64,000 nt of DNA from a virus (lineage: Duplodnaviria; Heunggongvirae; Uroviricota; Caudoviricetes): the IMG/VR virus record IMGVR_UViG_3300021979_000001, positions 258,948 through 322,947 of that record; one strand, written 5' to 3'. The translations under genes were made by a program, and so were the position numbers. Each line of letters starts with the position of its first letter. The first letter of the stretch is position 1. The notes beneath the pieces were generated by a model that was not told the origin of the DNA, made no database searches, and saw only the letters and a list, made by a program, of their open reading frames with translations. Positions 47,873-57,189 of this stretch are shown piece after piece.

Positions 47873-48355
47873 TTATTTATCTGGTGATTTCCATTGTGTT
47901 TTCCGATGTTTCTTCCATGACCGTTGTGGTCTTCTGAAATTATCATCCCATGCGGTGGGTAAATTGGTATAATTTCGTTTGGCACGCTGATATGCCGGGT
48001 CCGATTTACGTTCAGATTGTGTTGATGGATACCGAAGCCATTTGCGTAAGGGTAGTTTTCTCCCTGTATTTGGAACAGGATATTTTCTAAACTTATTTTT
48101 AGATTCAATCATATCCCGTTTGTGGGCTTTAAATGCTTTGTCCGTAAAAACATGAACCGATACAAACGTATGCGTATGATCATAAATTTGCCATGTTATA
48201 TATTCGTCATCATCCATTGTTGCAAAATATTGAATTTCATTTGGATACTTTTTAAAAAAATTTGATATTATATCAAAGGTGAATGGCCCTTGCACCGTGG
48301 AACCGGTAACATGCTGAAAATAAAATACTTTTTTGTTTGGTGTAGTATTAATCAT
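47873..48355 (-). CDS. hypothetical protein with basic C-terminus
   Basis: 160 aa; RAKR...LPTAWDD....QRSWKKHRKTQWK. Confidence 0.6.
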   Translation of the reverse strand: MINTTPNKKVFYFQHVTGSTVQGPFTFDIISNFFKKYPNEIQYFATMDDDEYITWQIYDHTHTFVSVHVFTDKAFKAHKRDMIESKNKFRKYPVPNTGRKLPLRKWLRYPSTQSERKSDPAYQRAKRNYTNLPTAWDDNFRRPQRSWKKHRKTQWKSPDK

Positions 48356-48616
48356 TGTGCAAAAACTTTCGATGTCTAATATTTGTGAAAAAGAGACAAA
48401 CTGTAATGATTTTTTACCGGGGTGGCAACTGTATTAATATGCAGTGTGATACATGTTCCAGCTACCGGACCCTGGGACGATAGATATTTATCGTTTTATA
48501 TTGTTGGGAGGATGGCGTAATATCTTCAAAAATCATATAATTATGGCTTGTAATAATAGAGAAACCGTGCAAAAATATGGTGGTAATTTCATTTTATCAT
48601 GTAAGGATAACATGCA

Positions 48617-48742
48617 ATGGATTTTGATAATCCGTTTATTACTGTGATCGCTATTGTTGCGTTTGTATTGATTTTGGTCGCGCATGTAGGTTATCTGCTG
48701 AAAGTTGGTTTCTTGGTGTCGTCATTTTTTTTCGTGAGGTAG
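48617..48742 (+). CDS. small membrane peptide (41 aa)
   Basis: AAGGA SD; MDFDNPFITVIAIVAFVLILVAHVGYLLKVGFLVSSFFFVR. Confidence 0.45.
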   Translation: MDFDNPFITVIAIVAFVLILVAHVGYLLKVGFLVSSFFFVR

Positions 48743-48746
48743 TGAT

Positions 48747-49298
48747 ATGCGGGCGATTATGCTTGTAGTAATGGTAGCCTTAGCCAGCGTGGCAAGTGTC
48801 CCCGCAATGGCACTAGGTAATAACCAGAAAAATCTTGGCATAGCGGGATCAATGGATTCCGCCGTTGTTGATATGTGTGAGCGCATTAATTATAAAGGTT
48901 GGTATTGTTTAGATGTCCGTGCCGTTCAGATTTCAATATATCACGAATATTGGGAATGGATGAAAAATCATTCAGCAACCGTTGATGATTACGTCAACGC
49001 AAAAACTGAATGCATTGATCTGTATGGTGAGAATGCATGTTTAGCCTTTGATGACGGGATTGATGACTTTCTTGTCAAATTTTTCCGACATGAAGGACGT
49101 TGGATGGCGGTTGAAGAATATGACCACCAACATACGGTCTGCGAACAAAACTTTGGTAAGGCATGCGCTGAATTTAACGAATATCGAAAATATGCCGGAT
49201 CACCTCGGCCTGCAATGTCGTGCGGGACATATCGAAGCACCGACGGCAAAATATACACCAAAGCGATTAAGTCGGAACAATGTGACCCACCACGATAA
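48747..49298 (+). CDS. secreted Cys-rich protein
   Basis: Signal peptide (..VPAMA), GAGG SD; repeats CIDLYGENAC / CEQNFGKAC. Confidence 0.6.
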   Translation: MRAIMLVVMVALASVASVPAMALGNNQKNLGIAGSMDSAVVDMCERINYKGWYCLDVRAVQISIYHEYWEWMKNHSATVDDYVNAKTECIDLYGENACLAFDDGIDDFLVKFFRHEGRWMAVEEYDHQHTVCEQNFGKACAEFNEYRKYAGSPRPAMSCGTYRSTDGKIYTKAIKSEQCDPPR

Positions 49299-49311
49299 TA
49301 GAGAAACATAA

Positions 49312-50517
49312 ATGATTTTTTGTCCTTCTCCCTGGCATTCGATTCTAGTCGATTGGAATGGGGATGTTTCCCCGGATCGCCATTTTGGCACCAAAATCGG
49401 GAATATTTTTGATCAAACTATCCCTGAAATGTGGGGAAGTGACGTGATGCAACGGGTTCGGGCATCAATGTTGAACAACACGTTTCCTGAACAATGCCAT
49501 AGATGTCAATCTAAAGAACAGGCAGTCGGTGCATCCCGTCGCACGTTTTTTCATGACGTATTGGTGCCAATGCTGGAACCGGGCTTGAAATATGAAACCA
49601 ATCCAATTCCAGATATTCGATTTGTTGAAATTAATCCAACAAACGTTTGCAACCTTAAATGCAGAATGTGTTCCGGGGAAGATTCAACTGCATGGTTGAA
49701 GGATGAAATGGCTCTTATTTCACAAGGGCTGGATTTTCGTTTCAATTCCAAACTTGGGTATCGGAAAGCACCAAAGGGATTGTTGGATCGATTGTTCTTA
49801 CATCCAGAATGTTTCCGTAATCTACAATATATTAATATCAAAGGTGGTGAGCCATTTAAAGATGAAGAATGCTTTGCACTTATGGAAGCATTGATAGATA
49901 TTGGTGTTTCACACAAAGTTGTTCTTGATTTATCTACTAATGGCACGGATGTTGATCACCGAATTTTTGATATTGCCACAAAGTTCAAAGAGGTGAAATT
50001 ACACATTTCCATGGAAGCAACCGGGGAAATGTATCAATATATGCGTGGTGGTGAGCATTTTACGATTGCTGATCTCGAACGAAATGTTGCGGAATTTTCC
50101 AAAATGGAAAACACTCGAATTATTTTTGCAACTGTTTTGTGTGCTTACAATATTTTCGAAATCCCGAGAATTTGGAAATGGTTCAACAATATTCGAAAAG
50201 AAAATCATGAAATTTATTTCACCAATGTCGTTGCTGATCCAAAATATCTAGCACCCGCTGTGATGCCGTTAGAAGCACGTAGAGAGGCATTGGAGGAAAT
50301 TATTGACGCCAATATACCGAACCGCCTACACGAGCCACACGGCCCGATTATGGGGGTTAACGGCATAGTAAATGGTCTTGGAAAAGAAATATTGGATGAT
50401 ACCGAGAGAAAATTGTTATTTTCTCGATTATATGCCTTCACGATTGCATTGGATAAACTTCGTGGTGAAAGTCTTTTATCGGTAGAGCCAAGGTTTAAAA
50501 AATACCTGGTCAAGTGA
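49312..50517 (+). CDS. radical SAM enzyme with N-terminal SPASM/Twitch-like domain (rSAM-4)
   Basis: FCPSPW...IGNI....I.E.W...CHRC; CNLKCRMC; KGGEPF; STNGT. Confidence 0.9.
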   Translation: MIFCPSPWHSILVDWNGDVSPDRHFGTKIGNIFDQTIPEMWGSDVMQRVRASMLNNTFPEQCHRCQSKEQAVGASRRTFFHDVLVPMLEPGLKYETNPIPDIRFVEINPTNVCNLKCRMCSGEDSTAWLKDEMALISQGLDFRFNSKLGYRKAPKGLLDRLFLHPECFRNLQYINIKGGEPFKDEECFALMEALIDIGVSHKVVLDLSTNGTDVDHRIFDIATKFKEVKLHISMEATGEMYQYMRGGEHFTIADLERNVAEFSKMENTRIIFATVLCAYNIFEIPRIWKWFNNIRKENHEIYFTNVVADPKYLAPAVMPLEARREALEEIIDANIPNRLHEPHGPIMGVNGIVNGLGKEILDDTERKLLFSRLYAFTIALDKLRGESLLSVEPRFKKYLVK

Positions 50518-50522
50518 CGATG

Positions 50523-50554
50523 AAAAAAGCCGGGGGAAATTCCCCGGCTTTTTT
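50523..50554. terminator. bidirectional terminator
   Basis: AAAAAAGCCGGGG-loop-CCCCGGCTTTTT between convergent genes. Confidence 0.85.
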
Positions 50555-50555
50555 A

Positions 50556-51065
50556 TTAACATTCATTGATAAGGCCCCGAACCCGATCCAGTTCTTCGTT
50601 GGAATGTTGCGTTCCACCATCGTTGAACGCCAGATACCATTCGAGAACTTCTTTTCGGGTTTTAAGGGTTCCGATACGAATTTTCAGGGATAAGTTCAAT
50701 GACCACAACGTGTCAAATTCCGACGCTTTATGTCCGAAGGCAAGAACGTCATCCCGCATGAATTCGCGGATGGCCGTGATACGTTGCAGACCATCAACGC
50801 ATTGGAGTGTTCCTTTGAAAGAACCCATCCAATTCGGGTGATTGAAATATACATTTTTTCCACTCTCCCCGCCCCGCATGACATATTCAAGATATTTGGT
50901 TTTTTGTTCCTGTGACCATACGTGCCCACGTTGGAAATCAGGATTTAACTCAATCTTGATGTGGTCAGTGTTGTATTGCCCCAACCACCGTTCCAAATCT
51001 TTCCAGGATACATCGACTGCATAATTTGCGGTAGGGAATTTTGGGATGCTGTCAAATTTAATCAT
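50556..51065 (-). CDS. DUF262 / ParB-like (GmrS-type) domain protein
   Basis: LNPDFQRGHVW and VDGLQRITAI (QR..W and DGxQR motifs). Confidence 0.8.
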   Translation of the reverse strand: MIKFDSIPKFPTANYAVDVSWKDLERWLGQYNTDHIKIELNPDFQRGHVWSQEQKTKYLEYVMRGGESGKNVYFNHPNWMGSFKGTLQCVDGLQRITAIREFMRDDVLAFGHKASEFDTLWSLNLSLKIRIGTLKTRKEVLEWYLAFNDGGTQHSNEELDRVRGLINEC

Positions 51066-51165
51066 AACGCATAAATTCCTTGTTTATATTAAATTATGTA
51101 TTTCACATGTTCGTATATTACACCATAAAATAAATAATGTCATCACAAAATAAAGAAAAACTGAT

Positions 51166-52257
51166 ATGCGAATATTTGAAATTGAAACGTTGGATGCTCC
51201 AAATTCTCAAAATATCAATAAAAACAAAGCGTTTGATGCTTGGTTTGGTAATAGTAAAATACGAGATAAAAATGGAAATCCACTTCAAGTATATCATGGA
51301 ACGAACTCTGATGCTGATTTCATGGAATTTACCCCGGTGCGTAGTGGGAGTCCAGATGTCGGATATTATTTCACACGAGATTCGGAATATGCATCCGGGT
51401 ATGCGACTGCATTTAGCAATAATTTGAACAATGCTAGAATTGTCCCGGCATATCTTTCCATACAAAACCCATATTTTTGCATATTAAAACCCAATGGAAT
51501 TAATGGTTTCGATGATACTGCCAAAACAAAATTGATAAAGCAGGGATATGATGGCCTTGTTGTTGGTCTTACCGAATATGAATACGAAACCGGGTCCAGA
51601 AGTATACAAGATGATGCATCAGAAATTGTTGCATTTAAACCAAATCAAATTAAATCAATATTCAATTCAGGGTCATGGAAACAAGATACAAAAAATATTT
51701 CAGAAACATCAGCAATATCAGAAGCAAAAAACGTTGGTATACTTTATCACTTTACTGATTTGCATTCTGCCTGGGCCATATTAGAGGATAAGCAATTAAA
51801 AATAGGTGATACCGAAGGATCATTCCTGGCGTCTGGTGGTGGTTTTACAGTTACACATCCAAGAACACATATTAGTCTTACCCGTAATCCTCGTTTGCAA
51901 CGATTGGGTGAAAATTATCCATGGGGTCCAGTTCGTATTGTGCTGGATGGCGATAAATTATCACAAAAATATAAAATAAACCCGTATCAAGATCAAATAC
52001 ACGGTATCACCCGACATGAAAACCAAGCAGAAGAAATGATTGCGAACCACGTTGTTGATATTACTGGGTGCGTGGTGCGGGTTGATTTTAATATTTCTGA
52101 ATATATAACTAGATCGAACGATTTTGAAACATGGGTATCCATGCCAGACGATGACTCAAAAAAGAAATATATTCAACTTAGTAAAGATGACGCACAAATG
52201 TTCGTTAAATATATCAAATCACTTGGATATGATATTAATGTGGTGAAGAAATTTTAG
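51166..52257 (+). CDS. two-domain ADP-ribosyltransferase-like protein (ART-PolyVal-like plus a second H-S-E-type domain)
   Basis: FDAWFGNSK..D.NG.PL.VYHGT...GYYFT...YA..Y...YLSIQNP...GYDG...EIVAF.PNQIKS; then LYHFT...ISLTR...EE. Confidence 0.65.
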   Translation: MRIFEIETLDAPNSQNINKNKAFDAWFGNSKIRDKNGNPLQVYHGTNSDADFMEFTPVRSGSPDVGYYFTRDSEYASGYATAFSNNLNNARIVPAYLSIQNPYFCILKPNGINGFDDTAKTKLIKQGYDGLVVGLTEYEYETGSRSIQDDASEIVAFKPNQIKSIFNSGSWKQDTKNISETSAISEAKNVGILYHFTDLHSAWAILEDKQLKIGDTEGSFLASGGGFTVTHPRTHISLTRNPRLQRLGENYPWGPVRIVLDGDKLSQKYKINPYQDQIHGITRHENQAEEMIANHVVDITGCVVRVDFNISEYITRSNDFETWVSMPDDDSKKKYIQLSKDDAQMFVKYIKSLGYDINVVKKF

Positions 52258-52326
52258 TCAAATAATATATTTGACACATGTTAATAATATTGCTATTTTA
52301 AATATAAACATATGTGGGTATAAAAA

Positions 52327-52716
52327 ATGTCAGTAGAAGATGCAGTCTATCAACTTCATATTGCGGTGAAAGAAGGCAAAGTCGATGCAAGCACCGCCCA
52401 TAATATTGAGAAGGTGATTTCCGCACCAGTTGGATCAACCGTATACATTGTCCCAATTCGGTTCTGGGAAGAAAAAGAACCGTATTTAGGGACAGTTGTT
52501 GATCCGGTATACGGAAGCGACTATCGTTTTTTGATGGTTAAACCGGAAGACGACCACAAAATGTATTTTGACACTAGTCGCCTTTTCTTGACGAAAAAAG
52601 AAGCACTTGCTGAAATTGAAAAAAAGAATAAAATTCGTCAGGAAAAAGAGGACAAAGAAATTGAAAAATTGTTGAATAACATTTTTAAGAAAAAAACAAT
52701 AAAAAAACCGGGGTAA
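52327..52716 (+). CDS. hypothetical protein
   Basis: 129 aa; LFLTKKEA. Confidence 0.55.
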   Translation: MSVEDAVYQLHIAVKEGKVDASTAHNIEKVISAPVGSTVYIVPIRFWEEKEPYLGTVVDPVYGSDYRFLMVKPEDDHKMYFDTSRLFLTKKEALAEIEKKNKIRQEKEDKEIEKLLNNIFKKKTIKKPG

Positions 52717-52730
52717 ACCCCCGGTTTTTT
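52700..52730. terminator. bidirectional terminator
   Basis: AAAAAACCGGGG-loop-CCCCGGTTTTTT. Confidence 0.8.
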
Positions 52731-52746
52731 ATTGTCTCATATATTA

Positions 52747-53271
52747 TTAAAAATGATCTCCGCCTTTCAGCGCAAGGATCAGACGGTTTGTTGCAGCGTA
52801 GAGAATTTCGGATCGCAGGTATGCATTATCGAGCAATTTTTTAATCGCATAGTTGATACCGTCATTAACGGTTTTTGCGCCAGATGCATGTCCAACCGCG
52901 ACCGTATATGTGGCACCGCGTTCATAAGGCACATCAAACGCCGCGATCCATACCTTGTATGGATACTTATCAACCGTCTCACGATTTTCAAACCCGTCAA
53001 TGATTGATTTTTCAACAACGAGTAGCCCGTAAATTTCACCGGCTTCGTTGGTGAAAGTCACATGATCATTTTCCAATGCATGCCAGCGGTTGTTCTGCCG
53101 AATAATCAATTCGTTTATGTAGGGTTGCATTACCTCCATGACATCTTGCGAGGAGAACGCATTCCCCGAGTTCCGATCATAAAGATATTGTTGAAGTGCT
53201 GATACGCGATCAGCGCGTATATTCCCTGTAATAAGGTCATTGATTGCCAACCATTCGGTATTCCGGCGCAT
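52747..53271 (-). CDS. hypothetical protein
   Basis: 174-aa ORF, AAGGA SD. Confidence 0.6.
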   Translation of the reverse strand: MRRNTEWLAINDLITGNIRADRVSALQQYLYDRNSGNAFSSQDVMEVMQPYINELIIRQNNRWHALENDHVTFTNEAGEIYGLLVVEKSIIDGFENRETVDKYPYKVWIAAFDVPYERGATYTVAVGHASGAKTVNDGINYAIKKLLDNAYLRSEILYAATNRLILALKGGDHF

Positions 53272-53429
53272 GTTGATTTCCTTAATACTAATTGTTTAAC
53301 CAATAGTGCATTGTCCATAAGCCAGGACTATAACAATAAAAACAATGATGAAACAACGTGATTTCATGACCTGATCATCGTTTCTACCGTGATTATAAAC
53401 AGATAATATATATTAATCAATCGTTTTCA

Positions 53430-53645
53430 TTATTCACCTTCGCTGCTAAAATTCATTTTCTGCATGTCAACAATATCCTGAATAAAATAGACATTACCAT
53501 GTTTATCTACACATAAATTAGCGCCTACATATGGATGTGCCAGGGTCATGTTATTATTACGACATGCTTCTTCCATATGGTATTTGGAAAAATGGAAGCA
53601 GAACACGATCATAATAATGGCGAGTATGACAATTAAAAAACGCAT
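53430..53645 (-). CDS. small membrane-anchored protein
   Basis: N-terminal hydrophobic helix, two Cys. Confidence 0.5.
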   Translation of the reverse strand: MRFLIVILAIIMIVFCFHFSKYHMEEACRNNNMTLAHPYVGANLCVDKHGNVYFIQDIVDMQKMNFSSEGE

Positions 53646-53783
53646 TCACACGATTTTTGATCTTCTGTTTCATCTAACAGTCGCAACTTATTTTCCTTTC
53701 ATAATACTTTTGTTTCAACAAACAAGAATATAACTGTAGTTATATCAACATACGATATTTCACATAGTGTGATAAATAATATC

Positions 53784-54587
53784 ATGAAAATATCAGATTT
53801 TATATCAGAAAATATAATTGTTAATGAGTATATTGAAACAAACCATGTGTTCAATGCTGCGTTACAAACTGCATTCCAGGTGATGTCCATTCCGTTGTTT
53901 GATGGGCACAAAGAATCATGGCCGCAAGAAATGGCTTTACATTTTGAAACCAATTTTACTGACCTGGCATCGGATATAAGTTCCGATATTTATAAATCAG
54001 TTAGAGTTGAGTTTAAATTTGATAATTTTTTTCATGGTATGTTTAACATGAATTATAACGAGAACAATGATGAACGAGTGGGAACGATCACTATTTATCT
54101 CGATGAAAACTTATTTTTTGGTCATAAATATATCCATTGGGTATCTTCCTCGAAACTGATCAAACATATCGCACAAAAAATTGCTGAAATATTCACACAT
54201 GAATATTTTCATTCAGAACAGAATAGTCGTAATATTAAACGTAACGGGAGTTTTAACAAATATCGATCATCAAAATTGACAACAGACGTTATGTCAATCA
54301 ATGATGACAATTCCAGTTATAGAGCATATTTGGCAGATGTGCGTGAATTGCCAGCACAAGCATTGACTGCTGCTCACGCTATGGTCAAATTCTATGGCTC
54401 TGTGGAAAATGCACTGAATATGTTTAGTTCAAATCAATTTGCAAAACTTGTAGAAGACGTTAAGCAGAACATTGAATTGAATATGATGTGGGTGTATTTT
54501 TCCTGGATTAGAAAAACATCCGACGGAGATAAGTTCTTTAAACTGTATGTGAAAAACATCATACTGCATTTGCAACATATGATGTGA
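53784..54587 (+). CDS. zincin-like metallopeptidase with capsid-targeting-like N-terminus
   Basis: MKISDFISE; FTHEYFHSEQ (HExxH) with downstream Y....RE..A.A; GATAAATA at 53771-53778. Confidence 0.65.
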   Translation: MKISDFISENIIVNEYIETNHVFNAALQTAFQVMSIPLFDGHKESWPQEMALHFETNFTDLASDISSDIYKSVRVEFKFDNFFHGMFNMNYNENNDERVGTITIYLDENLFFGHKYIHWVSSSKLIKHIAQKIAEIFTHEYFHSEQNSRNIKRNGSFNKYRSSKLTTDVMSINDDNSSYRAYLADVRELPAQALTAAHAMVKFYGSVENALNMFSSNQFAKLVEDVKQNIELNMMWVYFSWIRKTSDGDKFFKLYVKNIILHLQHMM

Positions 54588-55005
54588 TACTATCGTTAAA
54601 TAACGAATCCTTCAAATAATATAAAATATTTGGTTCATATGCCAATAAGGCAAACTCACCATTATGATACGAACCAAAATATGCCTGAATAAAATAGTCG
54701 GAATTATCATATCGTTTTTTCAAAAACGATATATTCGAGAAATCATGTGTGCTATCATTACAGATTATATTAACGCTATTTTCATTTATATTGCACAACA
54801 ATGAGAACTTTTTTGATACTGGGAAATCATGATACCATACCCCAGCGGTTCTGGTAATTGAAATCATATCAAATAACCATTTGGATTTGGATTTATTTGT
54901 ATGCCCGAATGATGCTGTTTGTCCCATACAACATAACATTATGTTATGTATAATCAAACTATCGTCATCTGAAAAATCAAACAATTTATTCAACGAACTC
55001 GCCAT
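54559..55005 (-). CDS. hypothetical protein
   Basis: 148-aa ORF. Confidence 0.5.
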   Translation of the reverse strand: MASSLNKLFDFSDDDSLIIHNIMLCCMGQTASFGHTNKSKSKWLFDMISITRTAGVWYHDFPVSKKFSLLCNINENSVNIICNDSTHDFSNISFLKKRYDNSDYFIQAYFGSYHNGEFALLAYEPNILYYLKDSLFNDSITSYVANAV

Positions 55006-55036
55006 AGTGGTTTATCAAGGGTGTGATGATGCGGTC

Positions 55037-55447
55037 CTATGATATGGGAGGTTCAATTAACCCATCAAAAAAATCGACAAATGATATATGGGATTCAAAT
55101 GTATAGAGGGCGTTAAATGTTGATGCGATATATTTCATATCACGACGAATACAAATACTAATAATTTTATATGATTTGGTTAAAAAGTCATATGACAGAA
55201 ATGAGTATTCTTCCAACATTCCCAAAATACTGAATATACTTTTAATAGCAACTATTTTTTTATTCGTTATGCCGTAAATTGTGTAAGTAAAAGTTCCATT
55301 ATCAAAATTGACTTTTCTGGAATACTGCTTATTGTATAGATCGATGTTTGCGATAAAAGTATAAGCATCGGTGTTCCATAAATCACCATTTATAGTGTCA
55401 GAAATTGATTTGATTATTAAAATATTCTGGTCGCTACACTTTTTCAT
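55037..55447 (-). CDS. hypothetical protein
   Basis: 136-aa ORF. Confidence 0.5.
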   Translation of the reverse strand: MKKCSDQNILIIKSISDTINGDLWNTDAYTFIANIDLYNKQYSRKVNFDNGTFTYTIYGITNKKIVAIKSIFSILGMLEEYSFLSYDFLTKSYKIISICIRRDMKYIASTFNALYTFESHISFVDFFDGLIEPPIS

Positions 55448-55653
55448 TTTTATGTTCGTTATGCGGCGATATTCGTTTTAACGTCGATTTTCCGGTGCGA
55501 TTTTTGCACAGTAATTGGGATGGTTTTGGTGATGGCATCAGTCTGATCACACAACCGGATTTTCGGTTCCTGGATGCGGACATCAAACATTTCGTGGGTG
55601 ATGGCAACAGACGGGCACACGATCATCTTACGTCTCTCACAACGGTGGGGAAA

Positions 55654-55730
55654 TGGCGATCCCTGCTGGATTCGAACCAGCAACCTACAGATTAGAAGTC
55701 TGTTGCTCTATCCAGTTGAGCTAAGGGACC
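55654..55730 (-). tRNA. tRNA-Arg(UCU)
   Basis: Acceptor GGTCCCT/AGGGATC-G-CCA, anticodon arm ACAGA-CTTCTAA-TCTGT, GGTTCGAATCC. Confidence 0.95.
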
Positions 55731-55805
55731 GTATTAAGATGAACATAGTTATTTGTGAATTTAATGTCAACATTATTATTTATGATGACGCCAAAAACGT
55801 ATATA

Positions 55806-56057
55806 TCACATCATGATACATACATGTTGCTGACCGGTTTTCGGATGAATGGCGATAAAATGCCCGGTATCTGGATCGAGCCTGATAACGCAATCCAGCA
55901 CTTCATTTTCATCGTTGAAACGGGCTTTGGTCATATCATACGTTGGATTGGCCCAATATGTCGGATATACCGGTGGTCTGATTTCAGACATCGTGTCCGT
56001 TGTGTTACTAAATGTCTGTTTAATATGTTTCAGGAACGAGACTGCGAATCGTAGCAT
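55806..56057 (-). CDS. hypothetical protein
   Basis: 83-aa ORF, GGAG SD. Confidence 0.5.
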   Translation of the reverse strand: MLRFAVSFLKHIKQTFSNTTDTMSEIRPPVYPTYWANPTYDMTKARFNDENEVLDCVIRLDPDTGHFIAIHPKTGQQHVCIMM

Positions 56058-56079
56058 AATGACTCCGTTATGTTTGGGA

Positions 56080-57186
56080 TCAAAATAATTCAGAATACCG
56101 TAACTGCGCCATGATCATATCGCGTTCATTTTTGAAATACGCAGCTACTAATGTAGTCGGATGTGGGAGAAATATAGTGCGACTGCTATAATAATCCCCA
56201 TCTACTGTATGTCTAATAATATTAGGTGACAGCGTGTGAGTTACTCTGTTCATTAAATCCGAATAGATGAAGGCAGACACATGATCGAACTTAAACTTTT
56301 CTGTATATTTAAAAGTAGTAACAGCACCGTCGAGTTTGAAAATAGATGATGCTAATGCATCGTTGTCTCCTAATAAGTTATAATTAGTTTTAAAGACTTG
56401 GTAAAAATATTTATCATAATAATTAATATTGAAGTCAAGTTTATATGGAAATTTCTTAAATAATATTTCCTCGGTTATTAAACATTCGGTTAATACATTA
56501 CGAATATTTTCTTTATGTTCGCTATTTTCCATGTATAAATTATTGTCATATAAAACTATTATTGTTTTATTCTTTTTAGCATATGATTTTAAACCTTGAA
56601 TATAAGAATAGGCGCAGGATAATGTAACCGAATCGTTATCGTTTACCAGTGTAATGTATTCCGAACAATATTTCAATGCATGTGCTGGTTTACTATGGTG
56701 TGATGCTATATCCCTATACTGATGAAATCCATATAACCGTGATTTGGTAATATTGGAATGTTCTCTATCATTGCCATCATAGACCAGTTTTATACCATAT
56801 GGTAGAAATATATGGTTGGTTGATACATTTGTGTCTTGTTTAACCATAGACCACACACCATTGCCGGATACCGTGTCGATTTGGCTACAATACCATTGTA
56901 ATAAGGTTAAGTGATCAGATACCGTTAAATGAATTGGCGTATTCCCAGTGAATGGGAAGTTAGTTCCATGCATTTTAAGCAAAGCAATTTGATATGGGTA
57001 AAGTATATTATTAATGTTAGAGATAAAATTAAATTCATTTTCATTATATCCAAGAGAAATTTTTAGTTTGTTTGAAAGTTTTCTAAACATCCCTACTGAA
57101 ATTTTTTCCCCTACATAACTGGCTACGTAATATTCGTTACGCCCGTCATTATTAAAAACCATATGAAAAGTAGTGGTATCTGTCAT
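56080..57186 (-). CDS. paralog-family protein A
   Basis: NNILYP...FPF, YAKKN...LYMEN, C-terminal YFKNERDMIMAQL. Confidence 0.7.
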   Translation of the reverse strand: MTDTTTFHMVFNNDGRNEYYVASYVGEKISVGMFRKLSNKLKISLGYNENEFNFISNINNILYPYQIALLKMHGTNFPFTGNTPIHLTVSDHLTLLQWYCSQIDTVSGNGVWSMVKQDTNVSTNHIFLPYGIKLVYDGNDREHSNITKSRLYGFHQYRDIASHHSKPAHALKYCSEYITLVNDNDSVTLSCAYSYIQGLKSYAKKNKTIIVLYDNNLYMENSEHKENIRNVLTECLITEEILFKKFPYKLDFNINYYDKYFYQVFKTNYNLLGDNDALASSIFKLDGAVTTFKYTEKFKFDHVSAFIYSDLMNRVTHTLSPNIIRHTVDGDYYSSRTIFLPHPTTLVAAYFKNERDMIMAQLRYSELF

Positions 57187-57189
57187 TGA

